Source of the DNA: a virus
Length of the DNA: 64,000 nucleotides
Direction: 5' to 3' (one strand)
Virus record (IMG/VR): IMGVR_UViG_3300029922_000015
Coordinates: 32,001-96,000 of that record
Notes under the pieces: model-generated
Seen by the model: only the letters and a program-made list of their open reading frames with translations
What the model was told of the DNA's origin: nothing
Database searches by the model: none
Program-made: the position numbers and the translations under genes
Shown here: positions 30,925-40,340 of the stretch, one piece after another
How the letters are laid out: the number at the start of each line of letters is the position of its first letter
Numbering within the stretch: the first letter of the stretch is position 1

Positions 30925-31392
30925 TTATCTCCAATCTATAATGGTGATTTTACGTTTCTTATAAAACGTTTGCATTTTATTAAAAAACCAATGAGAAGCT
31001 TTATCGTGCCCAATGACAATCGGGCGTTGATATCTATTTTCTTTCATTAAGCGATGAAAGACATTAGAAGCAATGCCCATTTTACGATGGGCCGCATCCA
31101 CATAAAGCATAATAAGGATATCGCCCGATTCAAATAGGTCGGTATAACTACAGGATTTGCGACGTTTGGCTAGATTTTCAGTAGCTATGCCCCAAGCCAC
31201 GACGCGCTTTCCGACCATAACTATAATAATATTAAATCGTATCTTATTGGTACTCTTTAACTTACAATATAATTTGGAGTAATCTGCCAATAAAGAATCA
31301 TCACTGAACGCAAAGTGTTGATAGAGAAAGCGAACCAAATCTTTACTTGGCTTTTCGACACGAAGGAAGGTGATTTCGGGGGTAGATTTCAC
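30925..31392 (-). CDS. GNAT acetyltransferase
   Basis: LYVDAAHRKMGIAS (motif A). Confidence 0.75.
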   Translation of the reverse strand: MKSTPEITFLRVEKPSKDLVRFLYQHFAFSDDSLLADYSKLYCKLKSTNKIRFNIIIVMVGKRVVAWGIATENLAKRRKSCSYTDLFESGDILIMLYVDAAHRKMGIASNVFHRLMKENRYQRPIVIGHDKASHWFFNKMQTFYKKRKITIIDWR

Positions 31393-31437
31393 ATAATCTA
31401 TTCAACTAAAAACACCCCTAAAGGAATAACTTTAAAT

Positions 31438-31471
31438 AAAAAAAAGACGCTGGCGGTTAAACCAGCGTCTT
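31438..31471 (-). terminator. Intrinsic terminator
   Basis: AAGACGCTGG/CCAGCGTCTT stem followed by a U-run on the minus strand. Confidence 0.7.
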
Positions 31472-31507
31472 CCGAATGGTGTATCCACACACTCTAGGCG
31501 CGACCCT

Positions 31508-32137
31508 TTACTTATGAAGAAAATGACCCCAATCCTTATGGCGAGCTTCTTTAATAAAGAAGGAAATAGGCATCTTAGGAGGAGCTTTCGGCTTGCGAAT
31601 CAATTGCAAGCCCACTTCTTCGTTCGATCTGTTTCCCTTTCTAAAGTTGATTTCTTTATCGGTCAAAACAAGATTTCCCCAACTATTATCGCCGCCCTTG
31701 GATTTAGGTGTGACGTGATCAATAGAGGCTTGATGACGGCTAAGTTTCTTACCTGTATATTGGTCGATTCCGCCGTCTCGCTCGTAAATATTGGATTTAT
31801 TCGGGCTTTTTTCAACCATCGGCATTTTGTGATAGTCTATTGCAATGGTTACGGTTGGCGCTCTAAAGGCTCTGCAAGCGCCTTGAATCACACAATCGTA
31901 GTCTCGGATGGGTAGATTAATCCAATCGCTCCATTTGACGGGATAGATTTCTTTAGGATTATCGAAATCATACTCTCCTGTGATATTATTAATATCATAA
32001 GAAATATTCATAGCCCAAGTGCCAGAATCGCTAGATTCCTCGCACATGGAAATGATAGCTTGTTTGGCATTTTGGAAACCAATCGGCTCCCAATTGCCAT
32101 TTAACTTCAAGACTACGGGTTTAAGTATGTTGCTCAT
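31508..32137 (-). CDS. HNH endonuclease
   Basis: RD...QYTG, SIDHVTPKSKGG..SWGNLV and N..KGN motifs. Confidence 0.85.
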   Translation of the reverse strand: MSNILKPVVLKLNGNWEPIGFQNAKQAIISMCEESSDSGTWAMNISYDINNITGEYDFDNPKEIYPVKWSDWINLPIRDYDCVIQGACRAFRAPTVTIAIDYHKMPMVEKSPNKSNIYERDGGIDQYTGKKLSRHQASIDHVTPKSKGGDNSWGNLVLTDKEINFRKGNRSNEEVGLQLIRKPKAPPKMPISFFIKEARHKDWGHFLHK

Positions 32138-32381
32138 CTCTCTTCTTATCTTTCTGAGTATTTGTTCTTTTTTCTGTTAGTTCTTTTGTTATCTCCTCGC
32201 TTGAACGAGAGAACCACTTTAATAAATTTTCTTTTACAGCCGTTTCAACGGCTTGTAATCCAGCTATTTCAAATTGATGAACTTGCTCTGAGGTTGCCCA
32301 TTGATCTTCATCGGGCAACGCTTCAACGACGGCTTTCGTTTTCGCCTTAAAATAAATTTTCCATAGCTCTTCGCCACTCAT
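32121..32381 (-). CDS. Hypothetical protein
   Basis: ORF. Confidence 0.5.
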   Translation of the reverse strand: MSGEELWKIYFKAKTKAVVEALPDEDQWATSEQVHQFEIAGLQAVETAVKENLLKWFSRSSEEITKELTEKRTNTQKDKKRDEQHT

Positions 32382-32864
32382 ATATCCTCTTTTCCCGTAT
32401 CATAAAAACTGGCATGTTCTTTGCAATTCCGGCACATGCCTATCCAAATTCCTAAAGTATCATCCCAAAGCACATCGAAATACGATGGCGCGTCGCAGCA
32501 TTCCGATAGTAATTCTTTATAATCGGGTTCTGGCAATGGGACTTTATTTGGCATGTTGATGAATCATATTGTACCCAACATAATAATCCCTAGCAGCAGA
32601 GAGCGGGCTCATTTTTGGATCATAGGTAATTCTTTCAATATTAAAAGAAGACGGAAGTTTGCCATCAAACAATCGTTCAACCTCTGCAAAGAATTCATGC
32701 AACCATTGTTTTTCGTCGGGCATATTTGCGCTTTCTTTTCTTTTTTGGCTTGTTTATCTTAGCCATTTCTAATATAAAAAATGGTTCTCGTTGTTGAGGG
32801 GGAAGCTTCATAGCTTCTTCCAAAATCTTTTTGAGTTTATCGGCTTTGGTTAAACGTCTCTTTT

Positions 32865-33389
32865 TCACGGAGGAAGCACGGCGGGCGAGCCATTTTGATA
32901 CCAAAGGAAAATGGAAGCGGCGAGATTACTCACTTCGGGCGTGGTTAATGTCGCGGCGGCGTCCTCATAATTAATAGAGTCTTCTAACTTGGTGTGTTCA
33001 CCAATAAATTTGCAAATCTCGATGATGTTTTTATCACGACGGTCATATTCAACCCAATCCCGATAAAACCAATCGTTTCCTTGATTTTCGTATATCTCGT
33101 AAAATATGGCGTCAATTTGTTTAGCCAAATCTTCCGGCGTAATCTCAGGAAAGTTATAAAGAAGATGCAAAAACAAACGCATTAGCCTTTTGAAAGGCGC
33201 TCCATATCTTTTGGCGCGAGCCCCGCAGATTTCTAACATGAGTTTAATATCTTCGAAGTCGGACTTTTTCTTCGAAATGACTCTTACTCCATTAAAAGGC
33301 TTTTCTGTGGTTGTTTCCATAGGTTTACAACTTTTCCATTTCTCGTAAGCCCCATCGGCTGCTTCCGTAAAGGCGGAAATAGGTATCAT
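32865..33389 (-). CDS. Hypothetical protein
   Basis: ORF. Confidence 0.55.
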   Translation of the reverse strand: MIPISAFTEAADGAYEKWKSCKPMETTTEKPFNGVRVISKKKSDFEDIKLMLEICGARAKRYGAPFKRLMRLFLHLLYNFPEITPEDLAKQIDAIFYEIYENQGNDWFYRDWVEYDRRDKNIIEICKFIGEHTKLEDSINYEDAAATLTTPEVSNLAASIFLWYQNGSPAVLPP

Positions 33390-33439
33390 AAGTGTATTGC
33401 TGATAATACCCTAAGATGAGGGTCTAGTCAAGCTTAAAA

Positions 33440-33531
33440 TGGAAGAGAAAAAGGGATTCGAACCCTTGGAGGACATTTCTGCCCTCGACTCTTTAGCAAA
33501 GAGTTCCGTTAAACCGCTCCGGCATTTCTCC
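33440..33531 (-). tRNA. tRNA-Ser(GCT)
   Basis: Cloverleaf, long V-arm, CCA encoded. Confidence 0.9.
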
Positions 33532-33730
33532 ATAAAATTTTAATATGAGGTTGGATATTCATCAAATTCCTTTGTGTTTCTCCAAACCATCGTTGTTGAA
33601 TGTACTAACTCTTTTTTGACATCTAAATTAGGCGGAGGGGTTTCGAAATAAGAACCTATATAAGTATCTCCTAACTTATTGTTTCGTATAGAACTTACTA
33701 CCCTATAAGCATAAATATTTGACATAAAAA

Positions 33731-33823
33731 TGGCGGTAACGGTAGGATTCTAACCCACGATGGTTTTTTGGGCCATACCAAGGTTCAAGCTTGGCGCAAT
33801 CAAACGGGCTCTGCCACGTTACC
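33731..33823 (-). tRNA. tRNA-Ser(TGA)
   Basis: CCAAG-CTTGAAC-CTTGG anticodon arm, V-arm, CCA. Confidence 0.88.
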
Positions 33824-33827
33824 AAAG

Positions 33828-33915
33828 AGGATAATTGAGGATTCGAACCTCTACCCCGCTCACGCGCGGTCTGTTGTTTTCGAGGCAACTGTGCGGCCTT
33901 TGCACTTAATTATCC
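33828..33915 (-). tRNA. tRNA-Ser(CGA) with 8/4 acceptor/T-stem fold
   Basis: GGATAATT/AATTATCC acceptor, GAGG/CCTC T-stem, anticodon loop CTCGAAA. Confidence 0.8.
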
Positions 33916-33918
33916 GTG

Positions 33919-34006
33919 AGGAGACGACAGGATTTCAACCTGCGAAGGCTGTTTAGACCTTGATCGATTTCCAATCGATTCCATTCGGGCGCTCTGGCAC
34001 GTCTCC
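33919..34006 (-). tRNA. tRNA-Ser(GGA)
   Basis: ATCGA-TTGGAAA-TCGAT anticodon arm, V-arm. Confidence 0.88.
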
Positions 34007-34007
34007 A

Positions 34008-34511
34008 TTAAATTCTATCAGGAAAAGGCATTTCAGTAGCTTTTTCCGTAAACTTACAAATCTTCAAAGTCTTTCGAGACGAACTTTCAAAATTCGCTTT
34101 CAAAATCCCCAAAATCGTATTCCAATCGCCGCCGCCATAACCGCATCCTATTTTATAAGGAATAGTAAAAATTCTTCGGCTAGGCAAATCCTGCAATACT
34201 CGGGTTATACATAGACTAAAAGCCGCGTAATTAGTATAACATTTTCCGCGCCCATAATCAAATTGCGCGTACATATTTGCCACATATTTAATGTGCGAAT
34301 ATCTATCGCTAATTACTTCGGCATAGGAAACGGTTCCCAACTTGCTATCGTCGCCCTTGCGACCGTTACGCGCATCGATTCTATAAGCTTCGGGAATGCG
34401 CCGCTTTATCTCGCGAGCCAACCCCGCGCCCATCGTGCAAAAACAGTTACATTGATGCATCAAACAATCGCTTGGCGTTTTAAAAATGTCAGCTTCGATT
34501 TCTTGAATCAT
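34008..34511 (-). CDS. Macro-domain (ADP-ribose processing) protein
   Basis: HQCNC..TMGAGLA; PYKIGCGYGGGDW. Confidence 0.88.
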   Translation of the reverse strand: MIQEIEADIFKTPSDCLMHQCNCFCTMGAGLAREIKRRIPEAYRIDARNGRKGDDSKLGTVSYAEVISDRYSHIKYVANMYAQFDYGRGKCYTNYAAFSLCITRVLQDLPSRRIFTIPYKIGCGYGGGDWNTILGILKANFESSSRKTLKICKFTEKATEMPFPDRI

Positions 34512-34520
34512 ATAAAAAAA

Positions 34521-34769
34521 TTAAAAGAAAGTATCGGGAGAAATTAATTCTCCTTTTCTCGGGGTAGTTAAATCTACTAAAATATCATTAGCAATATCTT
34601 CTGGCAATGGCTCTATGTTAAATTTTAGAAGATCATCGCCCTCTCTTTTATGATAAACAATCGGGCCGCTTTTTTTCCACGAAACTCCAGAAAGATCGTG
34701 AAGAGTTGCATGATATAAAGTCATACCGCTTTGTTCTAGGTAAGCTAAAAGTTCTTCTGTTTTTGTCAT
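34521..34769 (-). CDS. Hypothetical protein
   Basis: ORF. Confidence 0.5.
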   Translation of the reverse strand: MTKTEELLAYLEQSGMTLYHATLHDLSGVSWKKSGPIVYHKREGDDLLKFNIEPLPEDIANDILVDLTTPRKGELISPDTFF

Positions 34770-34773
34770 AAAG

Positions 34774-34851
34774 TGGTGTCCCGAGAGGGAATCGAACCCC
34801 CAATCTCAACCGTTAGAAGCGGCGCATGTACATCCGTTACACCTTCGGGAC
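34774..34851 (-). tRNA. tRNA-Arg(TCT)
   Basis: Cloverleaf, loop CTTCTAA, CCA. Confidence 0.85.
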
Positions 34852-34883
34852 TTAAATTATTGTATTATGCAATTTATATTTTG

Positions 34884-35753
34884 TCAAGAACTATGTATAA
34901 AATCAAAAGCTTTTTTTATCCAAATTTTGGGCTCCCGATAACAGTCTTTCCAAGGAATCCTAAGTGTTTCCCACCCTAAATCTTTTAGTATTTTATCTCG
35001 TTGTATATCCGAATCAATTTGTTTTTGAAATCGTTGGTGTTGTTCTCCGTCCATTTCAATACATTTTTTTAAATTAATCCATGCGAAATCTAAGGAAAAA
35101 CGATGTAATATATGCTCTCTTGTATAATTTTTATTTTTAAATTCGTTATAAATTACTTTTTCGAACCATTGTTCGGGATATGAGGACTTACCCTTATTTT
35201 GATTATGCCCTAAAGTATAAGCTAATCCCTTTGAGTGTCTTTCCTTCATTATCAAGGACAGTTTTAATTTAGCGGAATCCGAAAGTTTTGGAAAGTTATT
35301 TTTTGTTTTCTGCCATTGACTTAAACTTTTAATTTTGAAAGTTCCTTTTTTAATAGATTTTCTAATATAGTTTAAGGGAATACCCGTTCTAAAAGATAGG
35401 CTTTTTATATTTATTAATTCGGAATTATATATTTTCTGAGCTTCTTCAAGATTATATTCTTTGGTTTTAGGGCGATGTCTAGAAATTTTCTTTTCCGATA
35501 AAATTTTACTGACCGTCATAAAAGATACGGAGTATTTTTTAGATAGCAATCGCCACGACAATCCTAATAAATAATCTCTAACAATATTGTTTCGGTCTTG
35601 CTCTGAAACCGCTTTCTTTTTTCTATTATTAAATCGGCCACTTCCGATAGCTTTACGAATTGTTCCTATGGGTATATTTAAATCAGATAAATATAAATTA
35701 GGATTGTCATCATAAAATTTTTGAATTTCCGGCCAATTATATTTACATTTCAT
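34884..35753 (-). CDS. Homing endonuclease-like protein with C-terminal DUF559/Vsr domain
   Basis: LDFAW..K.CIEMDGEQH...D..RD..L...GW..LRIPW. Confidence 0.8.
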   Translation of the reverse strand: MKCKYNWPEIQKFYDDNPNLYLSDLNIPIGTIRKAIGSGRFNNRKKKAVSEQDRNNIVRDYLLGLSWRLLSKKYSVSFMTVSKILSEKKISRHRPKTKEYNLEEAQKIYNSELINIKSLSFRTGIPLNYIRKSIKKGTFKIKSLSQWQKTKNNFPKLSDSAKLKLSLIMKERHSKGLAYTLGHNQNKGKSSYPEQWFEKVIYNEFKNKNYTREHILHRFSLDFAWINLKKCIEMDGEQHQRFQKQIDSDIQRDKILKDLGWETLRIPWKDCYREPKIWIKKAFDFIHSS

Positions 35754-35801
35754 GGTATAGGTAATTACACCATAATTGCCTTATTGTCTTTTAAAAGAGC
35801 G

Positions 35802-35886
35802 GGCGATAGACCCGGCTCGAACGGGCAATGTCTTTCGACGCGAATTTCACAAATTCGAGGGTTTATCCATTTCTCCTACTACCGCC
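35802..35886 (-). tRNA. tRNA-His(GTG) with extended variable arm
   Basis: G-1:C73 pair, CGAAT-TTGTGAA-ATTCG, GTC-GAAA-GAC V-stem. Confidence 0.8.
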
Positions 35887-36053
35887 ATTAAATTGTTCGA
35901 ACGGTTCTAACGTTTCTTTCGTACCATTCTTTCTTAAGATTTTCCATGAGACTTTTATCACCTTTACCGTAAGCGATTAGCGCCTCGCGCGTTCGAGGGG
36001 CCATTTCTGTTTCCTCTAGATCGTCTTCGGTTCGGGGATTGTTTTTAATCGTC

Positions 36054-36695
36054 TCATCCCAAAGCTGGCTGAATCGTTCGAAAGTCATATTCTATTTTAC
36101 TACAAGTTTTATCTGAAGTCAAGTTTTTTCTTACTAAAACTATCGAATCAATGAATTGTCTAATTTCCGCATCAGAAAAAATTCCCTTGGCTAAATTAAT
36201 TCCCATGCAAACAAACTGGACATTTCCTTGAATATATCCTAATTGCGAATCAATTCTATCTAAACTAGCGGAGTTAATTTTATTTTTCTGCGTCGGTTTA
36301 AAAGGAACTAGGGATATATAAGTGATAGAACACTTTCCTTGTTGCTTCTCCCATAAATCGAAAAGATATTCTAAGGTTAAATTGGTTTCTCCGTGTTTTT
36401 TTCTTTCTTTTGCTTTTCGTAAAAAATATCTAAAAGGAGAAAACTTATCATTTCTATTCAGTAAGCCTTGTTCCGATAGTTCTTTAATTCTAATTCGGGC
36501 CTTAACAAGATTTTGTTCTCTAAACTCAGGGGTTTGATATTGTTTTAAATGTCTGTAATTATCTTGACCAGAGCACTCGGGGGAACAATACGTTCGTCGT
36601 TTCTTTTTTAAATTTCTTTTATGCTCGCTAGGATTTCTAAAAAAATTATTTCCACAATTTTCACATTTTAATTCTATCAGGCTATTATGTCTCAT
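36054..36695 (-). CDS. His-Me finger homing endonuclease
   Basis: CENC..YCSPEC zinc motif; SLDRIDSQLGYIQGNVQFV; start from GTGTAA-N8-ATG. Confidence 0.8.
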   Translation of the reverse strand: MRHNSLIELKCENCGNNFFRNPSEHKRNLKKKRRTYCSPECSGQDNYRHLKQYQTPEFREQNLVKARIRIKELSEQGLLNRNDKFSPFRYFLRKAKERKKHGETNLTLEYLFDLWEKQQGKCSITYISLVPFKPTQKNKINSASLDRIDSQLGYIQGNVQFVCMGINLAKGIFSDAEIRQFIDSIVLVRKNLTSDKTCSKIEYDFRTIQPALG

Positions 36696-36739
36696 ACGGA
36701 GAATTACACCGTGGAGACGAAGGAGAGAAACTAAAAAAG

Positions 36740-37120
36740 TGGACACGAGCGGAGTCGAACCGCTGTCTTAGAAGTATTTAATACACAATGACTTACAAGC
36801 TTTTCCCATTTTGATTCCTTGTGAAGTTAAAAAGGAAAATGACTTCACACATAATCTAATTGTTAATAATAAAATTCAAGTACAATACGATAAAAACTTG
36901 ATTTTATTCAGATTAAACACATCGCAATCCATTATCTGAGTCCTAAACCGCGACGAAAGCTCCCTTTAAGAAGCTAAGGCTATGTCAGCAACGTTTCCGT
37001 TACGTCCATAGCTGGAACGAGTTTTATTGTCGTTTATTTTTTGATTGCTTTCACAACATTCAATCATAGTTGGCTTGCACTATATATCTTCGACTTCCAA
37101 TCGAAGCCTTTTACGTGCCC
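36740..37120 (-). ncRNA. ssrA: tmRNA
   Basis: 5' GGGCACGTAAAAGGCTTCGA, G3:U70 acceptor, T-arm GCGGTTCGACTCCGC; internal tag ORF DNKTRSSYGRNGNVADIALAS* at 36966-37031. Confidence 0.93.
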
Positions 37121-37322
37121 TAAATTAGTTCTTTCTTTAATCTTTCAACAGAATCATTAATTCCTAACGCCTCAGACATCGTTGAGGGAGTTTTCGAATA
37201 AAAAGTTCGCCCGTTAAAAACAAATTCCGCCGCCGTCCCGTAGCAGCTTTGATAAATATGACCTTTTCCTGTATATTTAACTGGAAACCAGTTAGCCGGA
37301 TTAATGATATGAAGCTCGGCGC

Positions 37323-37586
37323 TCATTTTGTTATTTCTTCCTTCGCCATACTATGAATCTCGGCTAGTTGATCAGCCAACTCGCGCAGAACGCGAGGATT
37401 CAATTGAATTCCATGCAAAGCAATTACCGTAGCATTGAACAATCCTTTAGATTTCAAAAAGATCATTTGATTGCCAATTAGCTTTCCCTCCTTAGATTTC
37501 ATAAAATGCGTGTCGATCATTAGACCTACATTTTTATCCTCTTGAGGGGAAAAAGAGAAAGTGTGTTTTTGAAGGAGTTTGCTCAT
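37323..37586 (-). CDS. Hypothetical protein
   Basis: ORF with sigma70-like promoter upstream. Confidence 0.5.
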   Translation of the reverse strand: MSKLLQKHTFSFSPQEDKNVGLMIDTHFMKSKEGKLIGNQMIFLKSKGLFNATVIALHGIQLNPRVLRELADQLAEIHSMAKEEITK

Positions 37587-37636
37587 ACTTCTACTACAAT
37601 ACTACAAGATAAGCTCTTTGTCAAGAGAAAAGAGAG

Positions 37637-37708
37637 AGGTAGCGGTCGGAGTCGAACCGACGATAATGAATTTTGCAGATTCATGCCTTGCCGCTTGGCG
37701 ACGCTACC
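37637..37708 (-). tRNA. tRNA-Cys(GCA)
   Basis: Cloverleaf, U73. Confidence 0.9.
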
Positions 37709-38035
37709 AATGATGCAAGTTATCGCCTTTAAAGGTGGTTCGATGCATTATTAAAGAATATCGAAATCACTAAAACTATGCGCAATCGCATTACGCTCAA
37801 ATGAGTAGAAATAAGATTTTCGGTTTGTCATGGGTTGTTTAAGCTTAACCTTGATAAACCTTTTACCGTTGTAAATATGTATCTTACCGACAAAATTAAA
37901 TTGGCCAAAAAACTCAACGGCGTCTCTTGGAGCGTGTACGTTCACTTTGTTTGATACTTTCTTTGAATTCGGGAGTACAAGGTGTACCTCGCACGATTTC
38001 TACCAATCGAATTTTTTGTTCTGCTGTTAATCTTT

Positions 38036-38317
38036 TCATTTTTCTTTTCTGTAAGACTCACATTTGAAATCTATAATTTTAGAGGCTTGGGCGTGTTGGG
38101 CTAACAACAAATAAACCAATTTCGCGCAAGGGGTAACATCGTCTATCTCGGCTAGCTCCATTCTTGATTCGTGTTGAATTTGATTCCAGCAATTTTTAAG
38201 TAACTCCGCAGAAATATCTACTTGCCCCTGAATCGTTCTCAAGCCAGCCGGAAAGAATAAGACGGTATTATGAGAAGAATCTTCTGGCGTAATCGATTTA
38301 AGTATATCAGAGTCCAT
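38036..38317 (-). CDS. Hypothetical protein
   Basis: ORF. Confidence 0.5.
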   Translation of the reverse strand: MDSDILKSITPEDSSHNTVLFFPAGLRTIQGQVDISAELLKNCWNQIQHESRMELAEIDDVTPCAKLVYLLLAQHAQASKIIDFKCESYRKEK

Positions 38318-38359
38318 GATCTAGAATCATACCACACTTATTCATTTAAGTCAAGAAAA

Positions 38360-38559
38360 TTTTGTTGTAGCCGTAGCCGCGTTTCTGTTTTATCTCTTCA
38401 TTTATCTATGCCTCAACCCGAATATGATCGCGTAACCGACACGCTAATTCTGTTTGAGTTGCTGGTTCCGTGGTAATCGAAATGAATTTCTCCCACGTTA
38501 GGTTATCCAGACGCGAACTTCCTCCAGATTACTCCAGCGAAGAGTCGCTTGCAACAAAA
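38360..38559 (-). ncRNA. rnpB: Minimal RNase P RNA (catalytic domain only)
   Basis: P1 TTTGTTGCA/TACAACAAA; CR-I GAGGAAGTTCGCG; AGCAA; TAGATAAATGA; CR-V ACAGAAACGCGGCTAC; about 200 nt. Confidence 0.85.
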
Positions 38560-38564
38560 AATTT

Positions 38565-38825
38565 TTAACCGTTCGTTGACGGCGCGGGCGTTGGTGCGCT
38601 TTTAGGATTCGGAAAAGCCTTACCCTTTTTCTTCTTAGCGGGATAAGGATATTTTCCTACATTATTAGGATCAACATTATTATTGTTTGTGCTCGGGACG
38701 TTGTAACTATAGCCACTAGTAGGCCAAACATAACCCGCTTTACAAATCGGGCAAATCTTTTTGGGATTTTTCTTGTCCGCCTCGGACATCTTATTTTTTG
38801 ATCCGCAAATGCAATAAGTAAACAT
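38565..38825 (-). CDS. Small zinc-ribbon protein
   Basis: CxC...CPIC; GTGTAA-N8-ATG. Confidence 0.55.
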   Translation of the reverse strand: MFTYCICGSKNKMSEADKKNPKKICPICKAGYVWPTSGYSYNVPSTNNNNVDPNNVGKYPYPAKKKKGKAFPNPKSAPTPAPSTNG

Positions 38826-38844
38826 AATAATATTTACACTAAAA

Positions 38845-38923
38845 TGGTGGGGATAGTCGGGATCAAACCGACGCCGAAGCTTTGAGAGAGCTACATCCTA
38901 ATCAACTATTAGACGATATCCCC
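38845..38923 (-). tRNA. tRNA-Glu(CTC)
   Basis: Cloverleaf, CCA. Confidence 0.82.
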
Positions 38924-38929
38924 GTAAAG

Positions 38930-39004
38930 TGGTAGCCCATGACGGTTACGATCCGTCTTTCGAAGCTTGAAAGGCTTCTGAATTAACCATTATTCGAATG
39001 GGCC
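38930..39004 (-). tRNA. tRNA-Glu(TTC)
   Basis: Cloverleaf, atypical T-loop ATCGTAA, CCA. Confidence 0.82.
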
Positions 39005-39011
39005 AATTAAA

Positions 39012-40097
39012 TTATCTACCTAACAAATCTTTCCAATGCTCTAAACCGACTCTAACATAACTACGAAGAGCTTGTCTTCCGTCTTCGACGGCGTTGTCGT
39101 CGTTTAACAAATATAATCCTGTACGAGCTATGCTTGTCGGGTCTTCACAATTACACCACCAGTCTCGCGGCGTCCATTCAATAGAGCTTCCCACTACGGA
39201 AGGAACTCCCATAGAAATTCCATCGGCGGTTACAACATTGAAGGTTTCATCGAAACTTGGTTGAAGAAGTAAATGCATGTGGGCGACAGTATTCTTAAAA
39301 GTCGGCCAAGACTCCCAAGGCACGTCGATTAACTTCGCATCTCTTTCCCCTACAAATAAATCTAATCTAGATTGAAATAAAAGCCTTTCATAATCCCGAC
39401 GAGAGTTAACGTATAACTCTAAATTTACGCCTAATTGTCTAGAAAGTTGATAAGCGCCCATTGCGGCGGTTAATTGATTCTTCCAAGGGCGAGGAGCGCC
39501 GAAGGAGCCAATACGAATCGTATCTCCTATCTTTCTTTTTCGAGGATATGGATTAACAAAAGAATGGGTATCATAAAGATTTGGAAGATACAAGCATTCG
39601 CAACGATATGTCTTTCTTAGCCATTCGACAAAGCGCGTGTTATTGCCACTCACTTTAACATTAGAAGTTGCTTTTTGTAATTCAATTATTTTTTTATTGC
39701 AAAGAATTCCTGATTCATCTCTATTTCTGTCAATAGAAAGATAGGCGCAACCCGTATGATTCTGGAGAATAAACTCAATATGAGGGAAAGCGTAGGCAAG
39801 CTCTGCCATTTGTTTCGCCGTAATCCAGCTAGGGGAATTAATAATAACGTGACTAGGACGGATAGAATTAAATTGAATAGCGTGATCGTTCGCCGCTTTG
39901 ATTTGAGAATAAACTTCTTCAAAATTTTGTCCCGACCAAATTTCAGCGAAATAACCTTCTCGTCTTAAAACGTTAATATTGTTTTGATTAGTTACCCCAA
40001 GTCCAATATTGGAAATCCCCGGCCCACCGAAGTTTTTAGCGAAGAAAATAACGCGGGCTGTTTCTTTCTTCGGATTTAAATGATGAGGACGATGCAT
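39012..40097 (-). CDS. GT-B (GT4-like) glycosyltransferase
   Basis: GAPRPWKN; QPSFDETFNVVTADGISMGVP. Confidence 0.75.
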   Translation of the reverse strand: MHRPHHLNPKKETARVIFFAKNFGGPGISNIGLGVTNQNNINVLRREGYFAEIWSGQNFEEVYSQIKAANDHAIQFNSIRPSHVIINSPSWITAKQMAELAYAFPHIEFILQNHTGCAYLSIDRNRDESGILCNKKIIELQKATSNVKVSGNNTRFVEWLRKTYRCECLYLPNLYDTHSFVNPYPRKRKIGDTIRIGSFGAPRPWKNQLTAAMGAYQLSRQLGVNLELYVNSRRDYERLLFQSRLDLFVGERDAKLIDVPWESWPTFKNTVAHMHLLLQPSFDETFNVVTADGISMGVPSVVGSSIEWTPRDWWCNCEDPTSIARTGLYLLNDDNAVEDGRQALRSYVRVGLEHWKDLLGR

Positions 40098-40181
40098 AGC
40101 GTATAATAGATTCTATAATTTTTACACGCCTTTGTCTACTAATATTTAAATTAGTTATTATTAATATTTTCTTAACAAAAA

Positions 40182-40257
40182 TGGTGGCGCAACACAGAAT
40201 CGAACTGTGAATCTGGCCTTATGAGAGCCGCGTGATAACCTCTTTCACCATAGCGCC
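40182..40257 (-). tRNA. tRNA-Met/Ile2(CAT)
   Basis: Paired G1:C72, loop CTCATAA, CCA. Confidence 0.8.
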
Positions 40258-40260
40258 GAA

Positions 40261-40334
40261 TGGCAGGACAGCACGGAATCGAGCCGTGACCAAGAGATTT
40301 GGAGTTTCTTGTGCTACCTTTACACTACTGTCCT
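40261..40334 (-). tRNA. tRNA-Trp(CCA)
   Basis: Cloverleaf, G73. Confidence 0.88.
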
Positions 40335-40340
40335 ATAAAT

